Of a stretch of DNA of 64,000 nt, positions 1 through 13,550 are shown piece by piece; position 1 is the stretch's first letter; each line of letters opens with the position of its first letter. The stretch covers positions 1,134,359 through 1,198,358 of the forward strand of contig JAQGDQ010000012.1 of assembly GCA_030141605.1 (NCBI GenBank). Direction: 5' to 3'. This stretch comes from Tubiluchus corallicola (Eukaryota > Animalia > Priapulida). A program made the translations under genes and the position numbers. The notes beneath the pieces were generated by a model, which made no database searches, was not told the origin of the DNA, and worked only from the letters and a program-made list of their open reading frames with translations.

Positions 1-698
1 GCATTCAAGAAATTTTTTACATGATACGTGGTTTAGCTGTAAGCAGAGCAGAGATTTATAATGCTGTACATGTGCAGTACATGTTCACCACTGTTACCGT
101 AAATATTTATTTTGTTTTATTAATTGTTAAGCTATTATTTAATAGAAATTGTGAAATAGTAGATATTCGGATATTGTTATGGCTGTATATTTAATATTGC
201 ATAAACGATAATGGTAGTGTACTAATAAGTTGACAAAATGCATCATATTTGGTATTTGGTAACAACAGTCTTAACTCATCGCTTTATTTAAGCTATATAC
301 TTGCATGATGTTAGCCTATGTACTAGAGCTTTTGCACTAAAAATGATTGCTGCTTAGTGCCAAGTTGCCATCTGCTTTAAAAAAAAATCGTTCTTGAGTG
401 ATAATTTTTAAAACGGCGACCAAAAAAGGTCACACGTGGCCAGCTGACAAGATAAAACAGTCGTGGCCTAAACACCTGATTGTCTTTAGTGCCTTTACTG
501 GGGAAATCAGATTGTATTCAGTTAACACTTTGAGGCTTTCGATGCTCAACGTTGATGCCCTGCCATGAAAATTTTGATCTATGTATGCATACTGTGCGTA
601 TTGATAGCTGTGCCTCTCCAGCCTAACAGATCTGCAGTAACTCTTTGAGGCAGCTTTTGTCTTTGTTTTTGACTTTTGCGCTTTTTTCTACATTTCAG

Positions 699-3098
699 CA
701 CCGGTGGAAGACATTGAAAAGTTATTGGGATGAAGGTAGAGATATTGTCGACCGTTTTTATGCGGAAATTAAGGTTCCATATGAAAATTGCTGTGCTTTT
801 AGGTATGTTTGTAATCCAATTTGTTCTACATCTGTAATCTGAATTGCAAGATTATTAATGGAAAGTCTGTTGTTCAAATCCAGGTGTAGTCTCGACTTTT
901 TCACATTTCTACTAGATGAATAAAAAGTTTTCGTCCCCCCCCCCCCCAAAAGCAGCTTTTATTTATTCTAGGAGCGTTTACACTAATGTCCTCATCAGCT
1001 GAGTTGACTACTATAAATTGAAGACTTGTGGCTGCACAAATGGCATTCTACTTTTCATGCATGCAGTAAAGATGAAAAAGTCTCACAACAGCACTTTCAT
1101 ATTTTTCACATTTCTTTCTTTTCATTCAGTTTTAAATTCAGTAACTGTGGCTTCATTCAATTATTATTACTTGACGTTTCTTTTCAAAAAGTGGTTTGGG
1201 TTGCTTAGCTGTGGCTATTTTTTCCATGATTTTATGTAGAAGCAATTATTGTTAACTGTATAATTTACTGCAAAATACAAAACAATTTTTTAATATTTTA
1301 GCTGAAACACCTAAATAATCTGTCAGACATTAACGCCTGACAGTTTATTTACAGATGTTTTTAGAAATATACTTGACAAGGTACATTTATTTAAACTTTG
1401 TCTTTTTCAGAAGCGATGATAGCCTTAATTACAAGTTGAATAATGTCACCATATCATCTGTAATTGGTTATTTGTCATCATGGTCTGCATATCATACATA
1501 TTTAACGGAAACTTCTGACACAGGATTGCTGCAGAAAGTTCAAAATGAGTGAGTTTTTATTCTGTTTCACCAGTAATCTTATTTCACATGTTATTTGTCA
1601 GTTTTGAGCAACATTAAAAAACCAAACTGGGTTGTTGCAAATTTCTGAGATCTAATTGAATGAATAAATGGTGAAAATTAGTAATTGAATTTTTTATTGA
1701 AATATTTAGTAAATGTGAATTGAGAAATACAGAGCAGATAAATAAAAAGCAAAATGCCTACAGATCCTATTGACTGCCTTGACTGCAATTTGAGCAAAGA
1801 ATGAAAGCTTTTCTACTTCACTTTTCAAGGAGGAAGTAAAGTTATAGTCATGATTATGTACTTTCCTCTCAGTTTCATAAATAAACTCCATAATGCTTTA
1901 AAAACAATTACTACACCTCAATCCTCGTTATACTGCCGCCATTATAAAGCGAGTGTCGCCATAATGCTAACTTTTGCCCTGTCCTGATTTTCAAAACATA
2001 TTAAATATAGTGAATACCGCCAACCTCATTTACCTACATCCACCAACGCATTTGCTGTGCCAAACGTTGACAATCGCTATGAATTACTACCCCCAAAATG
2101 CCATGGTATTGCAAAACAATGGTCCTTTAAAATAAAAACAATTATGATAATATCATAAAATTTTATGGATTTAAATTTTGTAGCAAGTGATTGTAGAAGA
2201 GTAAATTAAAGTAGAAATTTTAAGCTGACTAGGAGCACAAGCAAGGTCACGAATTTCGTAGTTGCCATATAGTGTAAATTGCGCAAACTGTGTACTGCAT
2301 CATGGTCAAGTTACTACTCTCAGATGGGCGATTTCATAATTGTCCAGTAGCAATATGCATGTCTGTAGGCCTAATTGAGCATTTTAGGAGTGGTTACACT
2401 AATAATACTTTACATTTTGCAAGTCATTAGCAGTAGTTCAGCAATTGTTATGTAACAGGTGCACTAATATAAAAATAATAAATTACTGCATATTAAAATT
2501 AACTGAGAAACTAAATTAAAGTTCTAAGATAGTTTAATTGTCAATATTTGGTGAATCTTGATGAACTTTGTTGAATATTTGGTGAAAACCCCCAATATTT
2601 ACTGCCAACCCCACTATAATGCCACATTCGGGTGTCCTAGACCTGGAGTTATAAGTTTGACTGTAAAATTAAAATAATACTAACTTCGTGTACGAATTAT
2701 TTTAGCCAAATGTCTAAACTATAACGTTTTTTATTCGTTTAAATTTTTTATGCTTTTTCATCGCAAACATTTCTAGTCACATTGCCACTATATTTATACT
2801 CGGAATGTGTTTACATTAACATCAGAGTTGGCTGAATGAGCATTTGAGACAGTTAGGCTACAGACTGCTGACTGTCACGGGTAGTCAAGCCTTGATGCTT
2901 GTTCAGATTGGCAATGATTAGTAAATGAAACATTATGCTGCATCTGCAAATTTGCATTTGGTGGAAGCAGTTACTGTATAATTGTTATTGTTTGCCAGGT
3001 TTTTGACAGCAATGGGTGAAACTGATCCAGATGTTGCTTGTATAAACATGGAGTTTCCAGTAACCCTCCTCATGGGAAGAAAGCCAACTTTTTTGTGA
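699..3098 (+). CDS. 3' part of a class I SAM-dependent methyltransferase (DDB_G0268948 / trans-aconitate methyltransferase-like family); 5' exons lie upstream of the window
   Basis: Three phase-compatible GT-AG exons: 699-802, 1411-1548, 2999-3098 (TGA). They join to give HRWKTLKSYWDEGRDIVDRFYAEIKVPYENCCAFR-SDDSLNYKLNNVTISSVIGYLSSWSAYHTYLTETSDTGLLQKVQNE-FLTAMGETDPDVACINMEFPVTLLMGRKPTFL*. The YW..GR..VD..Y..I..P, GYLSSWSAY and terminal FP..LL.GRK motifs match the C-terminal half of this family as I recall it. Confidence 0.75.
1912..2665. mobile_element. Degenerate pogo/Tigger-like MITE in the last methyltransferase intron
   Basis: Left end tacacctcaatcctcgttatac; the right end gttataagtttgactgta reverse-complements to tacagtcaaacttataac. 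TA-flanked CAGT-type termini and internal ataatgcc/tactgcc subrepeats are present. The match is imperfect. Confidence 0.35.
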
Positions 3099-3454
3099 TA
3101 GACTTGAATATTTTAATTGTTAAACATAAATTCCCAATGCTGCTGTTATCCTATAGTTAAACTGTCAAAAAGAGTCTCTGGTTTACATTTTAAACGCTTA
3201 AAAACTAAGATTTATGCAGAGCAGATTTAATCAAATTATTTTGTCTTGGTTGTAATTATTATAATCACTCCAAGAAGCACTTCACAAATCAAGTGATACT
3301 CTTATATCTGTATTCACAAACAGTGCAAAGATGTTCTGCTGTGGGAACTGTTTTTCATTTTTGCACTGTGCTTGTTAGGCTTAATACATGCAAGTAAGTA
3401 AAAGCAATAATGTATAACTAGCCAACCCCGCAAAAATAACACATAATGACAAAC

Positions 3455-3705
3455 TACATCCAGCCACACCAGATCATACCCACCACATCACACCCACCAC
3501 ACCACTCCATACATACCACACCACCCAAACCACACTGCACCACAACTTCAACAACATACCATGCCACCAACCCCATGTCACACCCACCACATTGCACTCA
3601 CTACACCACACCATGCACAGTACGCTCACAACACTCACATCACATTATGATGGTGATGATTATGATGATGATGATGATGATACCTACAACACTAACATCT
3701 ACAAC
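3455..3705. repeat. Low-complexity (CACCA)-like tract followed by a short (ATG)n run
   Basis: Degenerate caccacacc repeats and atgatgatg at ~3647-3682, seen directly. Confidence 0.7.
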
Positions 3706-4152
3706 ACAGCAACTTCTGTGTGTCATAACAAATGCTAGTAGACACATCTACCAATGATCAATAATGCACGAAAATGCTACACAGTTTTTGTTTACTGCTT
3801 CCTAGCTGATAATAGGCTAACAGAACTTACATGTAAAATCTATGACACTGTAGAATGGCATGTGATGACAACGCCTAGAACAGCTGCGTAATTTCTCAAA
3901 CTCAAAGACAATGGGTGTTCCAAGTAGAATGGATCACTGGGGGGTTAAAAAGGAACTTTGAAATATCCCCTTCCCATTTCGTCTAGTGGACATCTCTCCC
4001 AACGAAACTTTCCTGCCTTTAATAGACCATTTCGTCCTCTTTCAGGGCCTGATTCGAAAAATAAACCCCCAATGGGACCACGCTAGATCGAGACCTTTTG
4101 TATGATAAATAGATCACCAAAAATGGTGTAGTCGTTGGAGCTGTAGTCTTGT

Positions 4153-4154
<2 letters not shown>

Positions 4155-4184
<30 letters not shown>
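4155..4184. repeat. (TA)n microsatellite
   Basis: Run of tatatata, seen directly. Confidence 0.9.
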
Positions 4185-4186
<2 letters not shown>

Positions 4187-6562
4187 ACCGAAATGAATAT
4201 ATACGATATGTACATGTATAGTACACATATAATGCATTTAATTTTTGAGTAAAATGTATCACTTTTGTAAGATTATAATTTCTTTATGATTGTTTATACA
4301 TGAAAATATAATAAATAAAAAAAAACTTGAAAAATTATCTACTAAAGCAAATCCTTTAATTGTTGCCAGCTTCTTTCACAAAATTTCTGTTTTTCACTAC
4401 AGACAGTTAGTGCTTATGCTTTTGATCTTTAGCCAAAATAATATCTTAGATATTTTAAGTTATTCTATTGAATTTAAATTTAGGCCTACTTTACAGGCTT
4501 GATGGTTTTAATTAATGTAGTTCTTGCAACAGGATCAGGACCTAGCTGAAACAAGATAATCCACAAGGCACTGGAGCAACAAAGCTGTTGTAGCCATGTT
4601 TGTGTGCATATAAATTATACATCCTACTTATTGAGAGAAATGCCTGTGTAGTATGGCAGGTAAAACGGCCCAGAATCAGTTTTCCTGGTCACTCATCGTA
4701 AATAGTCATGTAATGTTTTAAAGTATTGATATTATTAATTACTGCGTACCACAGATTAACCTAGATTTAAAGTTAATTATATTTTTAAATAACCTGATTA
4801 ATTTCTGTATTGCAAGTCAACTAACCATTGGAAATTTATTATAACTACTTAGCATAAGTAAATTAATACATGTACCGACTTTAGTGTCTAATGCCAGGGT
4901 TTAGTGTGGCTTTAGGGTTTTTAAGACCACCCTGTACTCGGGGCCATCCAGAGCCATTTTGGGCTCCGGGTCAGCAAGCATTAAGAGCCCCACTTCAAGT
5001 GGCAAAACATCACATAAAGCTGAAATAAATACAGAAATGACACCATTAATGTTGTGCTGCAAGAACCTAAGACACTGATGCTGTGATGACTGTAAGGAAA
5101 ACAAAAACCAGAAAATGCATATATTTTAATCTAACTAATTCCATTATTTCCAATGCCTCCACCAATCAAAAATGTACTACTGGTGAGAGAAAAACTAGAG
5201 AAAAGACAAAAAGAAATGGACAATTCACATAAACAACTTTATGAAGAAAAAACTAGCAGCTCTAGCTATATAAAACTCCTGCATCCTTAATCTTCTCAGG
5301 GGCCCCCTAGACACCCGGGGCACTGGCCTCCCTGCCACCTCTCTCGTAGGGCCTGCTTGTGGAGTCTGATGAAAACCACTCAAATTCATGTTAAATGGCC
5401 ACTTAAATGGTATTTAAGGTAGGATCCCGGGTTATCACCATGAACTTGAATTTTTCACACTTAGTGTCCTACTTAAAAAGTGGTTTTGATTTTTCTTAAT
5501 AAGGTAGATGCTCCTGGTCCAAGTACTAACTATATATGTTGCCTGTATAGTTGTCAAAAAAGGCAATATTATCTCCAGAGCAGCAGTTGGTGCTTGGAAT
5601 TACTTGTCATGCAATGTCATTGTCACTTCTGTAGTTGGTATGGGAAGTAAGTTCTGTGGTACAAGACTAAAGGACAGGATCTTTTACAGGTTTTGCAAAG
5701 CAACGCTTTTTGGGAAGCTCATTAACTGCTTGTGTAGTTTGTTGGGTTTGTGGTGTTGTGTAGCATCTATAGATGAATATACAACTGAGAAATGTTATGT
5801 CCTGATATTTCTTTATGACAGGCAGTTGCTGTCATACATTTCTGATCAGCTTTAGTTTGTTTGTTTATAACATATGCTGTCTCCCTTGGCAAACTAAGGA
5901 GTTTTGTTATGTTTATGGTAGGTTTTTCCAAACTTGTGTGTAAAAGATTTGGCTTCACTGCCTTAAACTTACTTTTTCTAACAGTAACTGTCCCCTTCCT
6001 CATTAAATTATTATTATTATTTTATCATCAAGTTAAAAGGAAACTTTTTAAAAGGAATTCAATGAAACTTTCAGATTTTTAATCGCAAATAAAAAGATTT
6101 TACTACTGCTGCTGTTGCTCCTACCAGTTCAGTAGTATGTTTGTTTAATGATTAATGAAGCTACCGGGTAATTATTATTTTCATTTCGTTGTTATTCAAC
6201 CTATTGGCTTGTGATGGTGTCAGTCTGTCATTTTCTTCCCGCGACGCGCACATCTAGCGCGGATTAACATTAATGAAAATTAAAATCCGTAAAGATCCGA
6301 TACGTCGTTTTTAATCCGCACATTCCTTATTTTCAATACTATATGCCCAATCCGATCCGTTCCGCAGTCGTGACTGCTATTCACTGCCTTTGCACATGGT
6401 GGGTGCGCTCCGGAACAGAAAGATCTAAAACGGTACTTTTTGCTAAACGTGTCGGTTTCTATTTAGTTTCTGTTTACTGTTTTGTCACTAAGTATTAATT
6501 TTATCAGACTCCCCTGGGTTTGGGAACCTTCATACGTACTATGGCAATACGTTATATGTGTA

Positions 6563-7246
6563 GGGCGTCGAGTAACCCATTAGCCGAAGTATGACGCGGC
6601 AAAATCCATGTGCTAAAAGCAGTGTCGTACATGGGCAGCCCAAGTAGGACACTAGCGATTTCTGTCGAGAATTGAGATTTATGACATACAAAAATATAAA
6701 AGTAAATTTGTTTTAGAAAAAAGTAACTTTATAATAATGATGGATAGTCTTTGACAATTTACAAATGTATTTTTTACAACAATATCATCACTATTGTTAG
6801 CTTCATTAATATCATCATAACAGTAAACTGAGTATCTAATGCTTTAAAGAGAGATACTGTGTCGCTAACCCGTTTACTTAGTAGAAAACAATTATTTGTC
6901 CAAGAGGGAGTGAAAAGGATCACCTGTCTGTTAAGCAAGACAAAATAAAAAATGATATACCTTAAACAAATGTTGGATCGCCTAAAAAGTGTGCTATTTC
7001 ACTTTAAAGAAGATTAATATTGGCAAATATTAATTCTTCTAGCTCAGAATAATTTTTTTTATTTTATCAGGTGAATAATAAATTATTCAACGTATATTGA
7101 CGTTTTTAATTATTATTATTATTCCATAAACAAGGACAACGGACAGTACGCTTAACAACTCAATTCGCGACCTGTTTCTAGTGTCCTACTTGGGCTAGCC
7201 CATGTACGCCAATTGCCTACTTCGGCTAGTGGGTTACTTGGCGCCC
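6563..7246. mobile_element. Non-autonomous DNA transposon (MITE) with ~70-95 bp terminal inverted repeats
   Basis: Left end gggcgtcgagtaacccattagccgaagta...gtacatgggcagcccaagtaggacactag matches the reverse complement of the right end ctagtgtcctacttgggctagcccatgtac...tacttcggctagtgggttacttggcgccc. The interior is AT-rich and non-coding. Confidence 0.8.
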
Positions 7247-8918
7247 AATAATAAGTATTAGCGATTTTGGATCCGTATTGAGGTACGAAAAGTTAGCGTT
7301 AATATGATTGACGTGATGTGTAAAATCACAGCGTTTATCTAATATATCATAATCATCAGTTTACTTGACCTTTGCAATTAGAAAAAGTGATACTTTTCAA
7401 CTTGTTTTCTTGCACATTGAAAAAATTGATGTCAAACTTTCTAGCAAAGTCTACACATATAGAAACCATACATTGTGTGGAGCTCAGTAGGAGCAGTGAG
7501 TGATATATCATTAGCATAAGCTAAAGCACCGGCATAAATACTGCCAAATTTTCATCCTGTATCAAGCGCACTTCTCTTGCAATCAATCAATATACAGACC
7601 AAACAGCTGTGGTGATGGTACAGCACCTTACTCTGTTATTCCGTTACTTGTGTTACTCTACTGGAAATAGTAATATGTCTAGATCTAATACCCGACTATT
7701 TCAAGCAAATATGTTGATGTGTATAAAAAACACTGTATATAAATCTAACAATAACCAGATAGCATTACTTTTTTATGCAAAAGTTATTTATCTAAATAAT
7801 CCATAATAAGTGACTTTATCAAAAGCTTTAGAAGCGTCACGCAGTATACATTATACAGCAGACTCATTGTTAATATAATGATTAATTGTCACTTGAACCC
7901 AAACTGTTTGTTTGCTGTACACAACATAAACCCATACTTTAAAATAATAAGCCAGTCCAATAGTTTACTTAGAGGAGAAGACAAAGTGATGCCCCGTATA
8001 ATTACCTTTGTCACACATGTTGCCATGTTTATCTTTAGCAATAGGTTTGATAGTTGAAAAGGAGAAGGTTTTGCAGTACAATACCATGAGATAACATCAT
8101 ATTAAGTACAAACTTTTGAGTACATGATTATAATGAATGTGAGCCATTAATCAAATGATCTCTAGAAAATCCAGTAGAACCGTAATTTTTACCTGGCTTG
8201 AGATGCGAAACAGCACAAATTACAATATGAACAGAAAATGATTCATTTGGCATAATGTCATTTTCTGCTAAAACTTTTTAGTAGTTTTGCTAGGACTAGG
8301 AACTTATAATAAGATTAATGTTTTTTTGTGAGCCAGTGACATTCTTGGAGTACACTGTTATAGTGAAACTGTGACATTTTGCCACTTGGAGTAAACATTT
8401 TAAATTATTGAGAATTTTATTTTTTAGTTACATATGCCTCTGAAAGAGGTAAGTGTAATGCAAGCAAAATAGCTTTTTACGGAAAGTTTTTTTGAGATAT
8501 ACTTTAATATTTCCCTTTTGTCTCCCTTTAATAAAGCGTGTTCAGTAATCTGTCTCTTATCACTTCTTTGCTGCCTCTGTTATCAGAAATTTGCACAGTG
8601 CAGAAATTTTCCCCATAATGAAAAACAGCAGTGACCTACCCCTTCATTTAGGGTACTCCTTCGTTTCCAAGATTAAATAGATTTGAACTCATTTTAGTGC
8701 ATATATGCAGTATTGGTGAAATACACGAAGAAGGCAAGTTTGTCAAACATTGTAAATGTTACTTCATCATCATTTCAGAAGCAAGTTGTAGCAAATCGCA
8801 TTGTTTTCAGTCCCACAATTGTTTGTACTTGCAGGGCACAAACACGTTTAATTATAAATTAATTTAGTGAAGGCACAGCTGAAAACGACGATACTGTTGA
8901 ATACTAGTTAGGGCAAAG

Positions 8919-11900
8919 ATGCGAAACTTTCCACGATCATTTAGTTTTTGGAGAATTATTATGGAAGGCCGATATTTGGCTTCCTCAACAAGAATGCTGG
9001 ACTTATCAACATGTCGACCTTTGGGGCAATATTGTAGCTCTAGACTCTTGCAGAATGCCAGAAATGTGGAGAAATTTGTTCCTGGCATAACTGAAGTAAA
9101 ATCGTTTGCTGAAATTCCTCGAAAGCCTTCTTTGCCACTTATTGGACATTTATTTGCAGGTAAATTTTTTAAACCTATTATTATTGCATTCCATGAACTT
9201 TTGTATTTTCATCTTAGTGTTTAGCATAAATCACAAGCATTAAATCTGCAGTTTAGTTTCTAACTTTGCTTAGAGGTTAAAACTGCCTGCTGCATAAAAA
9301 TTCACATTTCCTGTCAGTAGGTGACTTACCTTGTGTTCGGGGATTCTTAGGCATTTTGCTATCTCTTGAAGTCTTTTGTTTTTATAGAATTACTTTCAAA
9401 ACACTTGCTGAAGAACTGAACACTGTACTTTTAGTAATATGCGAATACTTTGCAAATGCTGTGTAACTGTAACTGTAACGGTAGTCCATAGCCTTTTGTT
9501 TACTACAGGGATTTGTCTTCAAAGACCAGTTATTGTCTTCAAAGACTACAAAGAAAGTTGTTAATTGTGTTAAATGAGTCGAGGTGATACATTCAGCGAT
9601 AATTTTTGCAGATGTCATATGTATTGTTGTGGCATTGTACTGATTTCATTAATTAGATTATGACTGTGAATGGCAGAATGTTCTTAAACCATAGTGGTTG
9701 ATACCATGAGTATCCCCCCTACTGTCACTGTTGAATTGTGTGCTGCAAGGATGCAATCTCAGGCCTGCTGTGTCATGTTGAACTGGTAGTTCTGGTGGCT
9801 GAGCATATGATGTCTAATCCTAGCTCTCGGGTTCAAGTCTCAACTGGCTCACAATTTTCTGACGCCTCCTTTGTTTCTTCAACTCATTACCCGCAATGCA
9901 TAATAATTTTGCGAAATAAACGGCAATGGTTTATTAACATTCTGGCATTCATAATCATAATCTAATTAATGATGTCTTTAATTGCCAGGTAATTTTAAAA
10001 AAGAGTTGTACTGATTTCTGTTTTTTAATAATGCATTTTTCTGCATTCTCCTCTTATGATATAATTTGAAAGTTCTTTAATAAATGCCTACAAGTAATCA
10101 AAAAGGGAGCTCTAACTTTTGTCCAAAGACATTTTGGGAAATATAACCTGCTGTTCATCATGTTTCTTCATCATTCTGCTGTCATGCCAATCTGTTGTTC
10201 TATAACAGATGATATTTGACGAACAACAATATGTTTGTTGTTCTGTGATCATAAATTTTTATTGTTCATTGGTTAGTATGTTATTGTAGCTGTGAAATAC
10301 GACAAAAAAGCGTATAAGTTATTAGAAGACTGGCACCATGACCTGGGACCAATTATATTCCTAAAATTTGCTCATATGGAGATGATCAGCTTGAGTGATG
10401 CAGATGATTTGGAGCAGTTGCTTCGTTTTGAGCCAAAATATCCATCTAGAGTGGAATTCGAAATATGGAAACATTACAGAGAAGTGAGTGGTGAAGCATT
10501 AGGAGTCCTTCTAGCGTACGTATTTGGTTTTGTTGCTAACTCAAACAATTTTTTGCACTGTGGACATATGACCCTGAAGTGGAGCAATGATTGCTGGTGG
10601 CACGAGGACATATACAATACAAAAGTAGTTACATAGGTCATTTATGTCTAAAAATTTCCTAGATCATTGTTGATTTAATCAGAAACATTGCATGATAATT
10701 CATACTTATAACCATAAAATTGAAGTTTATTAAATTTGTGATGTGGAAAACAAATTCTTAAAAAGGAAAATGATAGCCAGCACGTGCTTAAGCAAAGACG
10801 TGGCTTTTATTCTAAGACAAACATCTGCTCATCTGCAATGTTTCGACCATAACATGGTCATGATCCACTTAATTCAAACTATAGTGTATAAAAATTTTAA
10901 AAATCTCATTGTGAATAGCAAACAAAAAGAAGTAGTAAATTGTGAACTTACAGGTCATGCAGTGCAATGCCAAGTGACAGAAAAAATAAAGTTATGTTAT
11001 TCCAGCACAGTTTATTCTCTGTCAAATGCCTGTGGGTGGTAAGAGAAACATTTGCACCAAACATGAACAATATTATAAATGAGCAGATTTACTGCTCTAT
11101 AATGGGCAAATAACAACCAGCCAAGCAAACAAACAAACAGCATTAGAGCACAATTTCCTTGACAGAGGTAAAAATAATTAAAATAATTATCCCCCACGGT
11201 GATCCTAATTCTAAGCTAATATTTAATAAGTGTGCCATTTTTTTCCTATTTTTCATTTTTGTCATTTTTTCCTGTGTTGTTTTAGCATGCATCAAATTTG
11301 TATGGTGTATGTAGCTGTCCTTGCCTGTGGTAACATTTATATGCCTGTTGGCTGCTAGTACATGGTAATATGACTGCCATTTTGGAAGTGACATTAATGT
11401 GATATAGTCATTTAGTTAGAAGTGTTCATGACATTTCTTTCAGAGAAGGCGAGTCCTGGCATTGGCAGAGACGGGCCATCAATCCATTGATGATGAAACC
11501 TCTGCAAGTAGCAACTTATAATCCTGCATTAAATGAAACAGCTACTGATCTTGTAAAACTGCTGGAAAATGTGAGAACCACGGATGACATAATTCCAAAT
11601 ATAAGGGATCGACTCTTCATGTGGGCTATTGAATGTATGGCTTCTGCTTATTTTGATGTTTGGGTAAATTTGCTGAACAGGATATTTGAAAAGTATGGGA
11701 GTCTTGGAGAATAACCTATATTAAAAATTATTGTCTTTTTATGTGATGTGTAATTTGGATCTAATGAGGCTTGATGCTAAATATGAAATCTTTGTTTGTA
11801 GCTACCGGCACAGTGCTGTTTGAAACTCGTCTGGGATGTTTGGAGATGGGCGGGCCAAAAGACAAGGAACTGTTTGATTTTGCTGTTTGTGTCAATGATA

Positions 11901-13449
11901 TGTTTATCTCCAGCGATAGGTTGTTTGCGTTTCCACCCTCCGTGGCGAAGTTTCTTCATCCGAGACTTTATAGAAAGCATATGAATGCATGGGATACTAT
12001 ATTTCGAATAGGTAGGACAGTTGGTATTTGGATTGCTGTAAGTTCTGCAAGTGGCAGTGACATTGCTTATTTCTGCTTTGAAATGTATAAGCCTTTAAAT
12101 GCAAAGTTTGTTTTCACCTATTAAGAAAGGAAAGGTATATTTTCTTTGCAGTTCCCATATGTTCTTTGATGTGAAAAATTAGGTCCCAATTTTGGTATTC
12201 ATTCAAACCAGATGATTTCATTAGAAAATGCTTCCCAGAACAGCAAAACTAACAGTAAATTGCAGAGTTTTTATCTCTTCCCATTATCCTTCTTAGCATT
12301 TTTGCATTGATTACATGAACTGGCATCACATTTTGTAATATACAGATCTAACATTACCTTTTTAAGGAAAGAAGTACATTGATGCCAAGCTAAACGAAGT
12401 TACATCAAATGTGGAAGACGTTAAGGAGAAAGGATTCCTGTTTAACCTTTTAACTAGGAAGGAGTTATCAAATGCAGAAGTGTATGGATCAATGATAGAC
12501 TTAATGATTGGAGCAGTGGATACGGTAAGATTGTAATTGTAGGGAGGGAGGGACATTTTAGGACTTGTTAGCTGTGTTTACTATCTGCGTACCTCAGGAC
12601 CCATATTCCAAAGTTAAACATTATAATTTTTTGGCTTTATAAATATGAACTATCAATATATACATTTAATTCCCCATGAATTTACATTTTTTGCATCTAG
12701 ATTTCAAAATTGAGAGTGATTTGACAGATTATGGGTGATAGTTGGAATTAATTAATGGGGCACCAGGCATTAGCTAAATACTATTGATCAAGGCATAAAT
12801 GACAAATTTAGTGTCTCAGTTGGGTTTTTAAACTGCTCTACTGACTTAGTGATGTCATTGCATGATGTCTTGGAAAAACGGAGATTTATTGGTGAAAATT
12901 TTTATAAATGCTAAAAGATTTTATTTTGTGAAGCATATTATTGGATGTAGATTTTATATATGTAATTAGTAACACTACTGGTGAGCCAGATTTTTCTTAA
13001 TTTATGAAAATAACAATTAATATTTTGCCAAAAAAGACTTTTGTGGTGAGGTTTTATTGTTAATTACCATGTATTATTAACTCTAGTACCAAAGCTTTGT
13101 GCACAATGAATAGTAATCGAGGAAATAATGCACAGCAGTTGCGAACCAGGTCATTACCAGCGAATGCTTCTGTTTCATCCGAAACAAGTTTGACAGAGAT
13201 CCAATAGAAAGCACAACGGCTAATGTATTAGACTTTTAGAAGAGGAGGAAATAGAACAAGTGAAAAGCCTGCTATGTAGTTATCTCTTTACAACTGCACA
13301 ATTTTCCATCAAAATTTCCCAGAAAAATCGCTCGGAGATCATTTGAAAAATAGATGTAGAAGCTATTTTAAAACTATATGAGTTTATGGGCCAGAATGTA
13401 CAAGATGAACAATCTACTGCTACTGCTACTGCTACTGCTACTGCTACTG

Positions 13450-13494
<45 letters not shown>

Positions 13495-13517
13495 ATAATA
13501 ATAATAATAATAATAAT

Positions 13518-13550
<33 letters not shown>

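Noticed and set aside
972-1002. Possible methyltransferase exon after ttctag at 971
   Set aside because: Reaches a TGA after ~10 codons; the exon at 1411 continues the family motifs in phase.
3446-3757. His/Thr/Pro-rich 103 aa ORF
   Set aside because: Arises from low-complexity CACCA and ATG repeats downstream of the methyltransferase stop.
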